64,000 bases of DNA from the human T2T-CHM13v2.0 reference genome, Homo sapiens, in assembly GCF_009914755.1 (NCBI RefSeq), contig NC_060931.1; one strand, given 5' to 3'. This document shows positions 1 through 13,660 of the stretch, piece by piece (positions within the stretch are counted from its first letter, which is position 1; each line of letters begins with the position of its first letter). A model generated the notes under the pieces. That model was not told where the DNA came from and made no database searches. It saw nothing but the letters and a program-made list of their open reading frames with translations. A program made the position numbers and the translations under genes.

Positions 1-3000
1 TTCATTCAGTCAATTTCATGGAAAGCCTTCAATGTAACAGGCCCTAAGATGAACAAGGGTAAACTGGCTAACGCTGAGTCATGACCTGCAAATAACTGCC
101 AGACCTCCAAGGGAATTTATATTGTAATGGGCCAAAGCTTCTATTTAGCATTAAGGCAATGGAATAGAGTTTTTATTTGAGGTATCATCAAGAAAAGTAG
201 ATGTGACAGTTTTGGATTCAGTGTTGTATATGATCTCTTTGATCCTGCAGATGTTTTAATACTACAATTAGCACACAGTAGCTAAATAAATCCAATCAGT
301 TCTGTGTTGTGAATTAGCATGCATGTAATACAAACATAAAATTTAGCGACTGTTTTTTCCTAGTGACTTCGGACCTTGGTCATTGCAATTCTTATCTAAT
401 CTCTGATTTAGCCTCCAAATTCCAATATTCAAATATCCGTTTATATCATGTCTGTCCTTTATGTTAAGGTTTTTAGACTGAATATCTAAAAGTGATTTAC
501 TGCCCAAATGGCAAAATGTGGATAAACATTGAAGCTGAGGTATGATCACCTGGGCTCTATGTTATACCATTATCTCTACTCTCTAAGATGTCCACAACAT
601 AAAGTTAAAAGACAAAAAATAATAATAAAAGATATTTTTAGATATTGTCCTTATGAACAAAATGAGTATAAAGTTGACTTGTAACTGTACAGGAAGAAAA
701 GTTTACAGAAAGACTGAGTAGGCCTAACTGTATCTGCTGTCAATCAAAAAACACAAGTATCACAAATATTTTCTGCTTTATGAATTTTGCTTGCATTTAA
801 TCCTTTACATGAAAGACAATCAGTCTCCTATGTTTCTAAGTTTCCTGGAAGGGGTAATGTCATATAAACCTTAATCAAGAGTTAGACCTTGAAATCTTAG
901 CTGCTTAAATCACCCATTTCTATATCGTGTTCATTGTTATTAACTTAAAATTCAAATCCCACAGTTCTGTGTTTCATTTTTAGCACATCACTTCTGGTAG
1001 GGACCAGATGTTTCCTTTAGACTAGGTTATGGCTTCTTATTTGCTTCTCTTTTTTATCTTAAAATTTATACCTACTAATAGCTTCCATGAGGTCATTTGC
1101 AGGACATTACAGTATAGAGTCCTTGAGCTGGCAGCTTGGAATAATGTTTTAGGGACAAGGAAGGAAGCTCTAAGGGAAAAGTGTGGAAAGGGAAAGAGAA
1201 GGAGACAGACACAGTATATGGAGATACCAGATGAAGCTAAGAAAAAAATAGACAGCACACTCCAACTTGCTTAACTGTGATCTCCATGCAAAAAAAAAAA
1301 AAAAAAAAGTCTTACGGGGAAACATTCCAATTTGCATTGTAAGTGTATCTTAGTATTCAGGTAAACTTTTAATAATTGTCTTTAAAATACAGCTGAGTAT
1401 TTCCATGGCTTAATATTCTCCTTATAATATTAAATTTGTCTATTATGTATCATTTAAGGGGAAAAGCAAAAACACAGACAATGTTATTCTCTGTACTTCT
1501 TTTGATGTAAACAAAACAAAATATATAACTTCTAGATAAAAAGCGAACTAAAAATATTAGTGAAAGTCCCCAACCCTAATTTTAGGAGCTTCCAAAATTG
1601 CTTACAAGTGTGCTCTGTAATGCAAAAGATGTTCAAGTTTATGGATCAATTAGGACATTAAGATAATAAACCAGAATTAAACCAAGTATTAGCATATACT
1701 TTACATACTAATTTTGGTCAGAAACATTCCATCAAAGATTAAAATTTGGTATTACATCTACAAACAGTAAGGCAAGGGTTAATGTCACTATCCTGAGCTC
1801 ACTTCTTTCAGGAATCTATGACTACAGTCCCTAATTTTGATAATATATCAAACAAGTATGAACAGAAAATGTATAAGTTTTCTTTATCATCGAAGAGACT
1901 ATAGCAATGAGTTATTAAATGGCTATTTGAAATGTATCTCACACACAAATATAAAGATATCTTGTTATATAATATTAGGTCTTAGGTTTTATGCTAAAAA
2001 TGTTTCAATTTTGATAGAGATGAAATCTCTTCTCCTATACCCTCGTATTTATGACTGATTTCTGGCTATATGTTGTGTCACCTCCTGAACCATGGACATG
2101 ACCACTGATTATAATCTGAATTTGGTAATAAGATACATGAACTTGACATGCCCACCACCCCGTATCTTCCTCTAATTGTAAATTGTTCTAAAGGATATAC
2201 AATATTTGCTAAAATAAAAGTATTTCTTAGAGGTACCTAGATCATACCCCCAAAATAGTATGGCAAAACATATTCAATTTATACACTTAGAGTTCCAAAG
2301 TAAAGTATACAAATCTGGCAATTTGATGCCAATTTGTGAATAAGGAAATGGGAGATCGTGGAAAATAAGGAATTGCAAAGTTTAAAATAATAATAATAAC
2401 AGAAACATCAAGGCAAAAGATACCACAGGTATCTTGAATATCATTCTAAGGTTCTTTTTTTACAAATCTGAGACACTTAGGTTTTCAAGGACAGTTGAAA
2501 ATAATGAAGCAAAGAGCAATTATAAGCCAAGATATGCCAAACATGAAGAGAATAAACCTTTGCACTAACCTTCCATACCCTTTCAGTGTCTCCTCAATTC
2601 CTACTGAATGGATACCTTGCCCAAGCATTTAACATTTTCTGTGATATTTCCTCAGTTTTCTTTTTCTTTTTTCCCAAATTTGAAAATTATTTCCTACTTC
2701 TTGAGTTGGCAGAGCTTCAGGCAAACTTAATGCCTCTCTGCTTCATGTACATATCCCATATGTTTAAGGGCCTCCAAGTCTTTTTTTAAACTGTTTGCTC
2801 TGCCTAGAAGCTCATTTCTTTCCCTTTCCACATGTTCATATCCTATGAATTTTTTCAAAGTTTTACATAATATCCTATTATCTCTGCATTTCCTCATCTC
2901 CTTCTGAGATGTCAAAGCAAATTATTTATGCATATCTTACAGTTTAATAATTAGCTACTTTCTATTATAACTATCATCTATCTACTATTGTACTACAGTT

Positions 3001-3441
3001 TTTCCCAACCACTAGTTTCCAATATTCAGGGATTAACAATAACAAAAATGGTAAATGTGTCTGTTTCCATTTCGATTTTAAAATCAATTTGGACTCTAAC
3101 TGCTTGAAAAGGAAATCAGCAGTTTCAGATCCTCTTAGTGGTTGTCAAATGAGCACACATTCAACTTATCAAACTGAGCAGTCCTAGATATAAGGAGACC
3201 TTCAAACATTATTCAATTTTAAATCTTTATTTTTATAAAGTTATTTTAGATATCATTGGTTAAAGGTATTGACAAATATAAGTATATTGAAAACCACAAT
3301 TGAAAGTAGAGAAATCTCTATCTGTAAATTTGCAACACCATCTTTATCGGATTTGAAAATTACATTCAGTTGATTCATATTCCAACAAAGCAAGAAGCGT
3401 TGTCTCTGGTATTTCAAAACCAATTATCAGAAAGAAAATGT

Positions 3442-3444
<3 letters not shown>

Positions 3445-3476
<32 letters not shown>

Positions 3477-3514
3477 GCACACGCATATATATACACACAC
3501 ATATATATACACAT
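3445..3514. repeat. (AT)15 microsatellite plus a mixed AC/AT tail
   Basis: Direct reading. Confidence 0.9.
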
Positions 3515-4169
3515 ATTTAATGTTTTATTAGTATAAAAACAATTCACATGGATGGAGAAGTATATTTATTATATTTATTAAGCAGACTGCACCTTCTTTC
3601 TTACCTCATAATTAAGAAATTAAATACCCAAAATATGAAAAACAAAATAATATAATTTAAGATGTGAAATACAAAAATTTAAATAGCAATTAATAAAAGA
3701 AGTGTTTATCTATATTCGATGACCAAAACGGTAGTTAAATTTCAGGTTACTTTTCACTGTATATTTGGTACTAAAACACAATACATTAAAACATAATTTA
3801 TGTGTTAACACATTATCCTTTTATTAGCTGATTATTTTAGAGTAAAATTTATTTATTAGTATGAAAGAATCAAATTTAGCTCTTCATTGGGGTATTATTA
3901 ACGATACATAATCCTTAACAATTTACTAATATAATTAAAAATCTAACTTTATCTTATAATGTAAAAATTAATAATATTTTTAAGAACTGGAGGGTTTATG
4001 TATAAATATAAAAATGGGCCACAGGTCAGAAAATGTTTAGAAATATTAATTGAAAATAAGAATAACAAAAACTAAATATAATAAATGCTTTACACTTACT
4101 GAGAAACGTAATATATCAATCAATCAATAGATGAGTAAATACATAAAGTGGAAGGAGAAAATAGCCCCT

Positions 4170-4846
<677 letters not shown>

Positions 4847-4979
4847 GACAATTTTAAGCTATGTATCGGACTATAGATTTTTCATTCTTCACAGATATTA
4901 TTTCATAGAATTAAGGTTCATCATTAAACTGTGAACATTTTTCATTGTGAGTTAATGTGATAAGTAAATATACGAGAAA

Positions 4980-5460
4980 TAGTTTATTCAACTGGCCAAC
5001 AGATATTTCTGGTGTGTTTTCTATGTGCTGAGTAGTCTTCTAAGCAGTGTGGATATGGCAATGAACAGGACAGTAAAACTTCCCTGGCCTCAAGGAGCTG
5101 ACATTTTCATGTGAAAGATATTAAAGATTTTTAAAATACCAGACAAACTAATGTGCAATAAAATCAGGTAGCATAAATAAATAAATGCAATAAAGTGGGT
5201 TAGATGATAGGGTATGACGAGAGGTTATTTGAAATAATGGCTAAATGAAGACAGGGAGCAGAACAGGCACACAAGTGTCTGGGGGCAAAGGATTCTAAGT
5301 AGACTGAACAGCCAGTGCAAGGTCCAGAGGCGGAATATAGTTTGGCATTTTCCAGAAGGGGCTGTGTATTTTGGTAGAGTACATGAAGTGAAATATGGTA
5401 AGAGATAAGGATAGAGAACTAGTCAAGGGCCAAATCATGTGAAGTGTTATAGATTCTGAA
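4980..5460 (-). mobile_element. L2 (LINE2) 3' fragment
   Basis: Degenerate L2 3' end: ATTCAAC...TATGTGCTG...ATGAACAGGACAG...CCTCAAGGAGCTGACATT. Confidence 0.65.
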
Positions 5461-5540
5461 TATCTGAAGATAATCTCTACTTCCGAACCCTGTATTAGAA
5501 TGCTTTGAAGACATTTAATATTTTAATATTTACTCTTTCC

Positions 5541-5824
<284 letters not shown>

Positions 5825-6519
5825 TAATGTTTATTTTTTATAAAGACAAACATAATGAAGTTATCTTAGAGTTTAGTGCATGAAGAAATATGATGTCTTC
5901 CGAAGGACTGCTACATTTTCCTGTATCTGATGAGAGCTTTGAAACACAAAGCAGTTCCTTCGTGGTCCTGGCTGCCAGGAGACACCAAGCTTGAGCTCCA
6001 GTGAACTAACAGTCCTTAGCTAAGGTTTTGGGGAAAATTCATCTCCTCTCCTTCATGACTATTTTCTTTGTTATTTATTTTATGTCACCATTGGTTTTAT
6101 GTTGTTCACTGCTGTTTCAAATACCTTTGGAAATAAGTACAGTTTTTAAAAATCCATAAAATCACCACATTTGCCAGTCTGGAATGTTTCTTTCTAAAAC
6201 TATGATTCACATGAAATCCATTTATTAAATAATTGTTCAGTATCTGGGAACTGTCTGTTAAATTAAATGAATAAGCCCCCAATTACACCAGTGAGGTTAA
6301 ATACGTTGCTAAGTATGATAAAATAAGATTTAAATGTACAGGTAAAATAAAGCCTGATATGCAATATTATGAGAGGTCAATACAGGAAGGGTTTTTACTG
6401 CCTAAGGGGAAATGAAGAAGACAGCACAGAGATAAGGTACCTCCACTGAATCTTAAGGTAACACCACTGTGTGCTACTGAATATGGTAATGCTTGCTGTA
6501 CACTGCCCAGTACTAAAGG

Positions 6520-6730
6520 GTGTCATTCATATTATATATTATGAAATAGTATCCAATTTGGTACAACTTATTATTAACATATTAATACATATATTATGAA
6601 ATATACAATATTGTACAGCAAGCATACTTATAAATATATATCATGTATGATGCATCATATATATACATCATACGTTATACATGATATATATGATATACAT
6701 GTCCTATATATAATGTATATACATGTTATG
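6520..6730. repeat. AT-rich (TATA/CATA) low-complexity tract
   Basis: Direct reading. Confidence 0.7.
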
Positions 6731-8719
6731 CCAATTTTCTTGCAGGGTGCAGTAAAATGCCATGAAGAAATGGCTTCTTTTATTTGCACAGTTATCCTAT
6801 GGGCCAGTGGTAGCACAAGCAGTAATTTTTAAACATGGAAATACCCATTAATTTAGATTTGATTTGACCAGGTTGTATATTGGACATGTTATTATTTTTT
6901 CAATGCTTCAAGTATACACACCTTGTTAAGAATCACTGAATCTGGAGAGTAACATTTAGTAGAGAATGGAAAATTCTAGATATAAGAACTATTTGAAGCA
7001 GTGAGAGATGAAAAGTGAGAATGCAGGGACAATTTCATTGAAGAACAGATGATTCAAAATAGAAACAATAGGTGAGGGCCTTAAATACTGAGGAGTTTGA
7101 AGTCCATTATCTGGGCAATGAGGATTATTAATGTTTTATTTTAAATAAGTCAAATAATCAAGTTTGGGACTTAGGAAGATTAATCTGATAAATGAGAAGG
7201 GAGCAAATCTTCATGCAGGAAGATCAAGTAGGTCACGATGGCAGTGGTCAACATGGTGGTGATTAAAACCTGACTTAAGTGGATGCAGTGAAAAATAAAA
7301 CACAGGAGACAAATAGAAAAAAATATGGTGAAGTTAAAACTGTTAGAAATTGGAAGATGGTTGGGTGTATGGGTGACAATTTCAAGCTGAGTGACAGTAG
7401 GTATGGTGATGAAATTTATGGAGATTGAGAACACAGACTTAGGGAGGGGGAGATGTGTGTTTAAGGCATCTGAGAAGAGACAGCCACAAAAGGTTGACAT
7501 GCAGTTACACCACAGTGAGTCAATCACACCAGAGTATCCAAGAGTTCAAGGCCCAGATCCATGGAGATCTAGGTCCAAGTCTGGCCATGTGGGGCACCAT
7601 AACAGTACAGTAAATTACTTAACTTTTCTAAGCCTCTATTTAAGTTGTAAAGCAAATATTAGTATCACCCCAAGAGTTAAAAAATATTGAGATAATAAAC
7701 ACTGTACCAGTATGTAGAAAAGTCGTAACAATGCTAACTAATCTTATAATTAGGATAAAATTTAGGGGTCAAAAATTAAAATTTGGAATTAATTGTGCAG
7801 AGGTGCTAAATTAGACCCACAGAGAAAAATGCATTATCAAGGAAGAGAAGATATAGGAAGAAAAGAAAAAAACATAGCCTAGACCTTGATAGATCCCTAT
7901 ACTTAGAACGCAGGTAGAGCAGTGGGAACCCAGAAGTAGACAGGGAAACAGCAGCCAAGAAGGTCACTTTCTAATCTTTACATTTAAAAATAGGCAAAAT
8001 TGAAAGAGTGGTATATGAACTGTATTATAAGGGCTGGAGGTCTCAATTGCAGAGCTTTGCTAGAACTTTTCAGTCTACCTCAGAACCATAGTACTTAATC
8101 CTTCCATGTTTTGCTCTAAGAAAGAGGATGGAGCTATAGTTCACTAGATACAGCCTTGTACCATGCTTGTCAAAAAATTACAATAAGAATTGTTTGATCG
8201 TTACTGATTACTATCTGATAACATCAAAACAAAGTTTCATAAACATAAGTGCTACAGCATGGAAGTAATAATGATAACAAACCAAGGCTCTCTGTCTGAT
8301 TTAAAAAACAGTGGGACATCTGCTTGGCTGCTACCATAATTGGCTACCAGCCTGTTGTTTTGTTGTGCTGGAAGAGGGACTTTATGTCCTATGGATATTA
8401 TTTGTTCTTGGTCCAGGGGGACCCAAGTTTCCATTAGATTACAAGCTCTATGCACATAGCCAGATGTGTGCAAGACTCTTGCATAAGTTCTGTAAATCAT
8501 GCTTAACTTTATTCCTTTTAGTATTGGGTTTCTTTTAGTTTCCTTTGGTCCTTTCTCTGTGAGAATTAACTTGTATCTCCCTGGACTCATAGTGTCTACG
8601 GTGTCACTTGGTGTGTTGTAACTCTCCCTGCCATAGCCTTTTGAAAGCCTCCTATGATAACCAAACTAAACAGATACACTGACGTTTCAATATCACTGTT
8701 CGTTCGTGCTGACATTGGA

Positions 8720-9420
8720 TTCAATTCTATTCACTCATTCATTTATTCTTTCATTCAGGAAATATCTTTTCAGCACCTGCTGTATACCAATCATGTAGCT
8801 AGATGTGTTCTCATATGTTATCCAAAGAATGAGTGTTCATGGTAGGATACAGAATGATTTCTAGAATAGCTCCCATTTAAAGACTTCTTCAATTAATCTC
8901 ACTCTCATTTCCTCACGCACCACTACCACCACTAAACCTGTTGATATTACTTTCTAAATATGTCTTAAATCCATCGTTTTTTCTCCACTTTTTTCTGCAT
9001 CCTTTTTAGGCCATATTACCATTACAGTCAAGCATAATTGCCTTACTGGTTTCTCCACCTGAATTCTTATCTCTCTTCAACCCATTAACCATGCTGCTGT
9101 TGGAGACTTTTTCTTTTCAATGTAACTCAGATCCAATCGTGAATCTTTCCAGATTAAAATACTTCAAAGACTTCTTGTTGTTCCTGGGATAAATCCTTAC
9201 AAACTACTGTGATATCTGGCCCATCTCTAAACCTTCTGCATCATCTCTTATTTTCCCTGTTCTCTGTCATCCAGGGGCATTGGCCTTCTGCTTTCTGCTT
9301 TCAGTTATTTAAACCTGCTGTGCTCTTAGCTGTCCCTGGCAGGCTCATTGCAGTTGCTGCTCCCTTACCTTTGAATGCTTTCCTTAATTCTTTGCCAGTT
9401 AAAGCTGACTCATTTTTAGA
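8720..9420. mobile_element. L2 fragments
   Basis: CATTCATT-type L2 terminus at ~8730 and pyrimidine-rich L2 body at 8900-9420. Confidence 0.55.
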
Positions 9421-9487
9421 TATTGGTTTATTTAGCTCAATGTACATAAAGCTACATTAGCTAAATAAACTAATATCTAAAAATCTT

Positions 9488-9715
9488 GTATGTATATGTA
9501 CATGGGAATGTATGTATACATATTTGTGTGTATATGTGTATGTATGTGTATATGTGTGTATGTGTGTATATACATATATGTACATACGTATATACATACA
9601 TATGCACACACAAATATATATACATACATTCCCATATACATATATCCATACATATCCATATATTTACATACATACATTATATATCCATATACATACACAC
9701 ACATATATATATATG
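9488..9715. repeat. Compound (TATG)n/(CATA)n tract containing an inverted duplication
   Basis: Alternating purine-pyrimidine tract; source of the Y/M/V/I/H-rich ORFs on both strands. Confidence 0.9.
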
Positions 9716-10194
9716 CGTGCATCTATTAGGGAAGCCTCTCTGATCTCTCAGTCTAGCTTATCACATTGCAACTTTTTTCCCTTCACTAAACAATAATATA
9801 CTTGAGAGCACAAATTTTGGCTCTTTACCACTTTTTCCCCAAAGGAGTAGCACAAAACATATATGTAAATAGAATTGCAATATATCTTGCTTTTGAATGA
9901 AAAATGATTAACTGGTAACCCAACCATCTTAAAAGGGAAGAATGCTGCTTTGGGACTATACTGTTTCTTGCAAATTCTTGTCAAGGCTTTTATAATTAAT
10001 GAAGATGACAATAGAATGGAGGAAATAAATAAGGATACTAATTTAGCAATAATTTTAGGCTTCAAAGATTTGAAACATTACTCCATTAAATTATTTTAAT
10101 AGCATATATTTCCATTAATCTTCATTATTTTTGAAGACCAAACACAGAGTAAGCATTCTTCCCTAAAGTCAGCTTTTTCAAACATGTATAATGT

Positions 10195-10385
10195 TATTTT
10201 ACTTTTAAATTGGCAGATAAAATTGTGAGTATTTATTGTATAAAACATGATGTGTTTTGAAGTATACATAGATTGTAGAATGACTAAATCTAGCTAGTTA
10301 ACATATAAATTACCTCACATAGTTATCATGTATGTGGTACAAACACTTAAAATTCTCTCTCTTAGCATTGTTTGAGAAAACAAAT
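10195..10385 (-). mobile_element. L1M (L1MA-like) 3' end fragment
   Basis: AAATCTAGCTAGTTAACATAT...ACCTCACATAGTTATC...ACACTTAAAATTCTCTCTCTTAGCA. Confidence 0.75.
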
Positions 10386-13300
10386 ATATATATTAAAGTC
10401 AGTTGTGAGCAGCAATGGCAATAAAAACTTTACCTTAATCTGATGTTTAGAATAAGGACATTTCACATATGCTAGATTAGAGAAAAGCAAGTTAAGCTGA
10501 GAAGATTAATAGTAAACCTTTGTCATAGCTCTCCTGTAGAAAAATGCTCCTAATGAAGGATGTGTTTGGGTGAAATTGTTTATTCCATGAAAACAAACAA
10601 GCAAGTAAACAAAAAACCTTGGTAATAAGAGTGCACTAATAGAATCACTTACAAATTAGCCCTCAAGTATTTTTCAGAGCCTGAATTTATAGTTTAGGCA
10701 AGCTAATAATGATACAAGGGCATTTTTTCAAATATATTTTTCCTAAACACAAGGTAGCAAGGTTAATGTGTAAGCATCTTGTTGAATAATACTCATTGTT
10801 TTCAAGTGGGCAGAGGGGTTTATGCCAGAATTTCTCTAGAAGGCCACAAACTGTTCCTTCCCAGTTGCGTTTCAGAGCCAGGGGTTCAAAAACAGTTCAC
10901 CATTAACTTTTACACAATGGACTATTAATTTTAAAAGTCCTAAACACACTCAGCATTACATACACAAGGATGAAGTAAATGTCATTAATAATACTTCAAG
11001 CACATTGGATGATGGCAATGGAATAGAGAGAATTATCTGAAAGAGGAATAGCACTCAGAAGACTTCAGAGAAACAGGACATGGGAAGTGCTGGGTAGGAG
11101 TGAAAACATGAATCCTACTACTGCCTGTATATTGATGATGCTTTGCATATGTACAGATGAGCTTAATTACTTGTTTTGAGAAAAAGATGTTCACACAGAA
11201 ATGGGAAATTCTATGATACTGTCTTGTGAAGGACATTCTGGCAACAGCTGGAAACAGCTACTATTAGCAACAGGATTGTTGGTTCAACTTTAATGGCTTA
11301 AAGTTAGGCCAGACAACCAATTGGGGAAAAAAAAAAAGTCCTAAGTTTCAATGGACATTCTGTGATGAAATGTTCAGGTTTGAAGACAGTTGGTGAAGAA
11401 AACTTCTAGGGATTCCCTAAATGGAGGGAGTCAATGGTCTTGTCTCAGTGATTTACCACAGAGCCATCGTGCTTTTTAGCACAATCTACCACAACTTTTC
11501 CCTCTCCCTCACCACCTATCCCTATAAGCTCATGCCCAGCAGGGAGTAAACAATTTAATGATAATGCATATATGATTCGTGGAAAGGAAATACAGGATTT
11601 CCTGTTCTTATGGGACATAATCCATATTTGAAGATAACAGTGCTTACAATGTCAGAGGCAGTCTATGATATTTACTGTGTTCCTAGAAAATATGCATAGC
11701 TGTGTTCACTGAATTTTTAACATGCCTTCTTCTTTGATAAAATAATTTGTTTAAAAGTTCCTAGTTCAAATAATAGAGAAACCTTTTACACATAGGGAAC
11801 AACATTTTTTTCCTTAATTAAAAAGTTCACATTCTACAATATTTGGAAATATGTGACCCTACTTTTCACGTAAAGACCATCTGACCTAAAGGGCCAACTC
11901 CTTGCCACCTGATTGTCCCTTTCTCTGTCACATATCAGACCTCTGACTGGCTGAGAGGTAGCCATCAGGGCTGGCCTTCCAGGATCTGGAAGATCAAAAT
12001 CTGCTCATACAAACTGGCAAGGAGAACGTGAAAAGCATAAATGCAAGAAATGAGAAATCTCCGTGGCTGGAGTGGTGGCTTATGGATCCTCTCTCTTTTT
12101 CCTGTCTTAGGGACATAATGCTTCTGGGAATGTCCTGGTGTCATAGCAATACTCTTTAGGGACCATTTCTGTGCTTTCTGTAACTTTGTTTAAGCAACAA
12201 AAAAGCAAAAAAGCTTTGGACTTGCTCAAAGGGTGGCTAATCTGATACAGATAAAGTGTGGATGAAACTCATTTTTAGCCTGTAACTATGTTGTAGGATG
12301 GAAAAGAAAACTTGCTTGTGGGTCAAAATTTTGTGGGTTAGACTCTCAAATGAATCAGTTATTCACCATGTGTCCATTGTCAAAACTTATCCTTTTAGTT
12401 GCAGTTTCTTCTCTGGAAAGTGAGCCTAAAATATTAATTTGAAAGCTTATTTTGGGATTAGAAAAGGAGAGTGAATTAGATGGTATCTACGTCGTAAAGG
12501 GTCAGGCACGTGAGCAGTGCTCAGTACATAGGACCTATTATTAAAATATGATGAAAATACTGGTTATGGTGATTTGACAAAACAACCTTCTTTTGTGGAT
12601 AGTGGTTACTACTTGATACAGAATAGTTTCATTTAAAGAGTGGTAACTCTAGTCTATCATTTCCCTTTAATGTGATTCTGTAAAAGAAATTTTAATTGAA
12701 AATATTTAACTATCAGGAGAGAAATATGACTTTTCCAGTTTCTCTGTTCACTTCGTTTTAGTATAGAATTAGAGATTCTTAACATATAAATCCTAGAAAG
12801 TAATTTAGAAATCTTGTCATTATATCTTCAGAGTAATAACTTTCATCACAGGGTCTGTTTGGGCTGAGAGTAGAGCTTTATTCATGTTTACCAGAAGTCC
12901 CAAGCAAAAATTTTTTAAACCAAGTACATTCTACAACCCTTCAAAAAGATTCAAAAAACAATAATTTAAACCAAAGAACTCTGGCAGTGCATGACATTTT
13001 CTGCCTCATTAAATGAGGCAAACAAAAAATGACCAAATGACTACTGAAAACATAGAGGAGAAAAAATACTAAGAAAGTTTACAGAGACTTTCCAGTAACA
13101 AAAGTTACTGGAACAAAAATCTGTTTTGTTGACTCAATAGTAATCAATATTCACTTTTATGTTGTTTTATGCTTAAGACAGGAAAACCTGAGCCTTCCTC
13201 TTTACTATCAGAGCAAATGGTAATCATGAAGTGAAGCAAATTGATTATTGATTACTGATTACTTGAATTTCTATGTTTTATAAGTAGAGCAACCATCTGT

Positions 13301-13422
13301 TAACAGGAATAACAGGTTTTAGCAGGGAAAGGATTAAGGGTTTTATTTTCCTCAACTGAGGCCCAAAATGAGTGAGATTTTTCAAGTTAACTTTCATTCC
13401 ATTTGGCTCAGGTGTCAGGGAT

Positions 13423-13432
13423 CTATATTTAA
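13423..13432 (+). promoter_or_regulatory. MEF2 / TATA-like composite of the distal promoter
   Basis: CTATATTTAA fits the MEF2 consensus YTA(W)4TAR and sits at TATA position. Confidence 0.55.
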
Positions 13433-13468
13433 CTTGTGTTAGGCATGCGTCCGAAGAGCTGGAAGGCT

Positions 13469-13660
13469 GAGGATGTCAATGGCTTTCAGATGTCAGGATA
13501 ACCTTAAGGATAGATGAAGGGTTGAGAGCCTGTGCCTCATTTCTGAGTTCTCAGCTGCTATGCCGTGGAAATCCTGTTTACTTTCTGCATCTGCTCCTGC
13601 AAGACTCTGGAGCCAGTCTTGAGGTCCTACATCTCCGAAAGCAAGCTCTTCTAGAAGTTG
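13469..13660 (+). other. CD36: CD36 distal non-coding first exon (start approximate)
   Basis: Donor TTG|GTGAGC at 13661; GAGGATGTCAATGG...CTAGAAGTTG matches a recalled CD36 transcript-variant 5' end; TATA-like element about 30-40 nt upstream. Confidence 0.85.

Noticed and set aside
9470-9796. Five overlapping Y/I/H/M/V-rich ORFs
   Set aside because: Products of a TA/CA microsatellite that lacks stop codons
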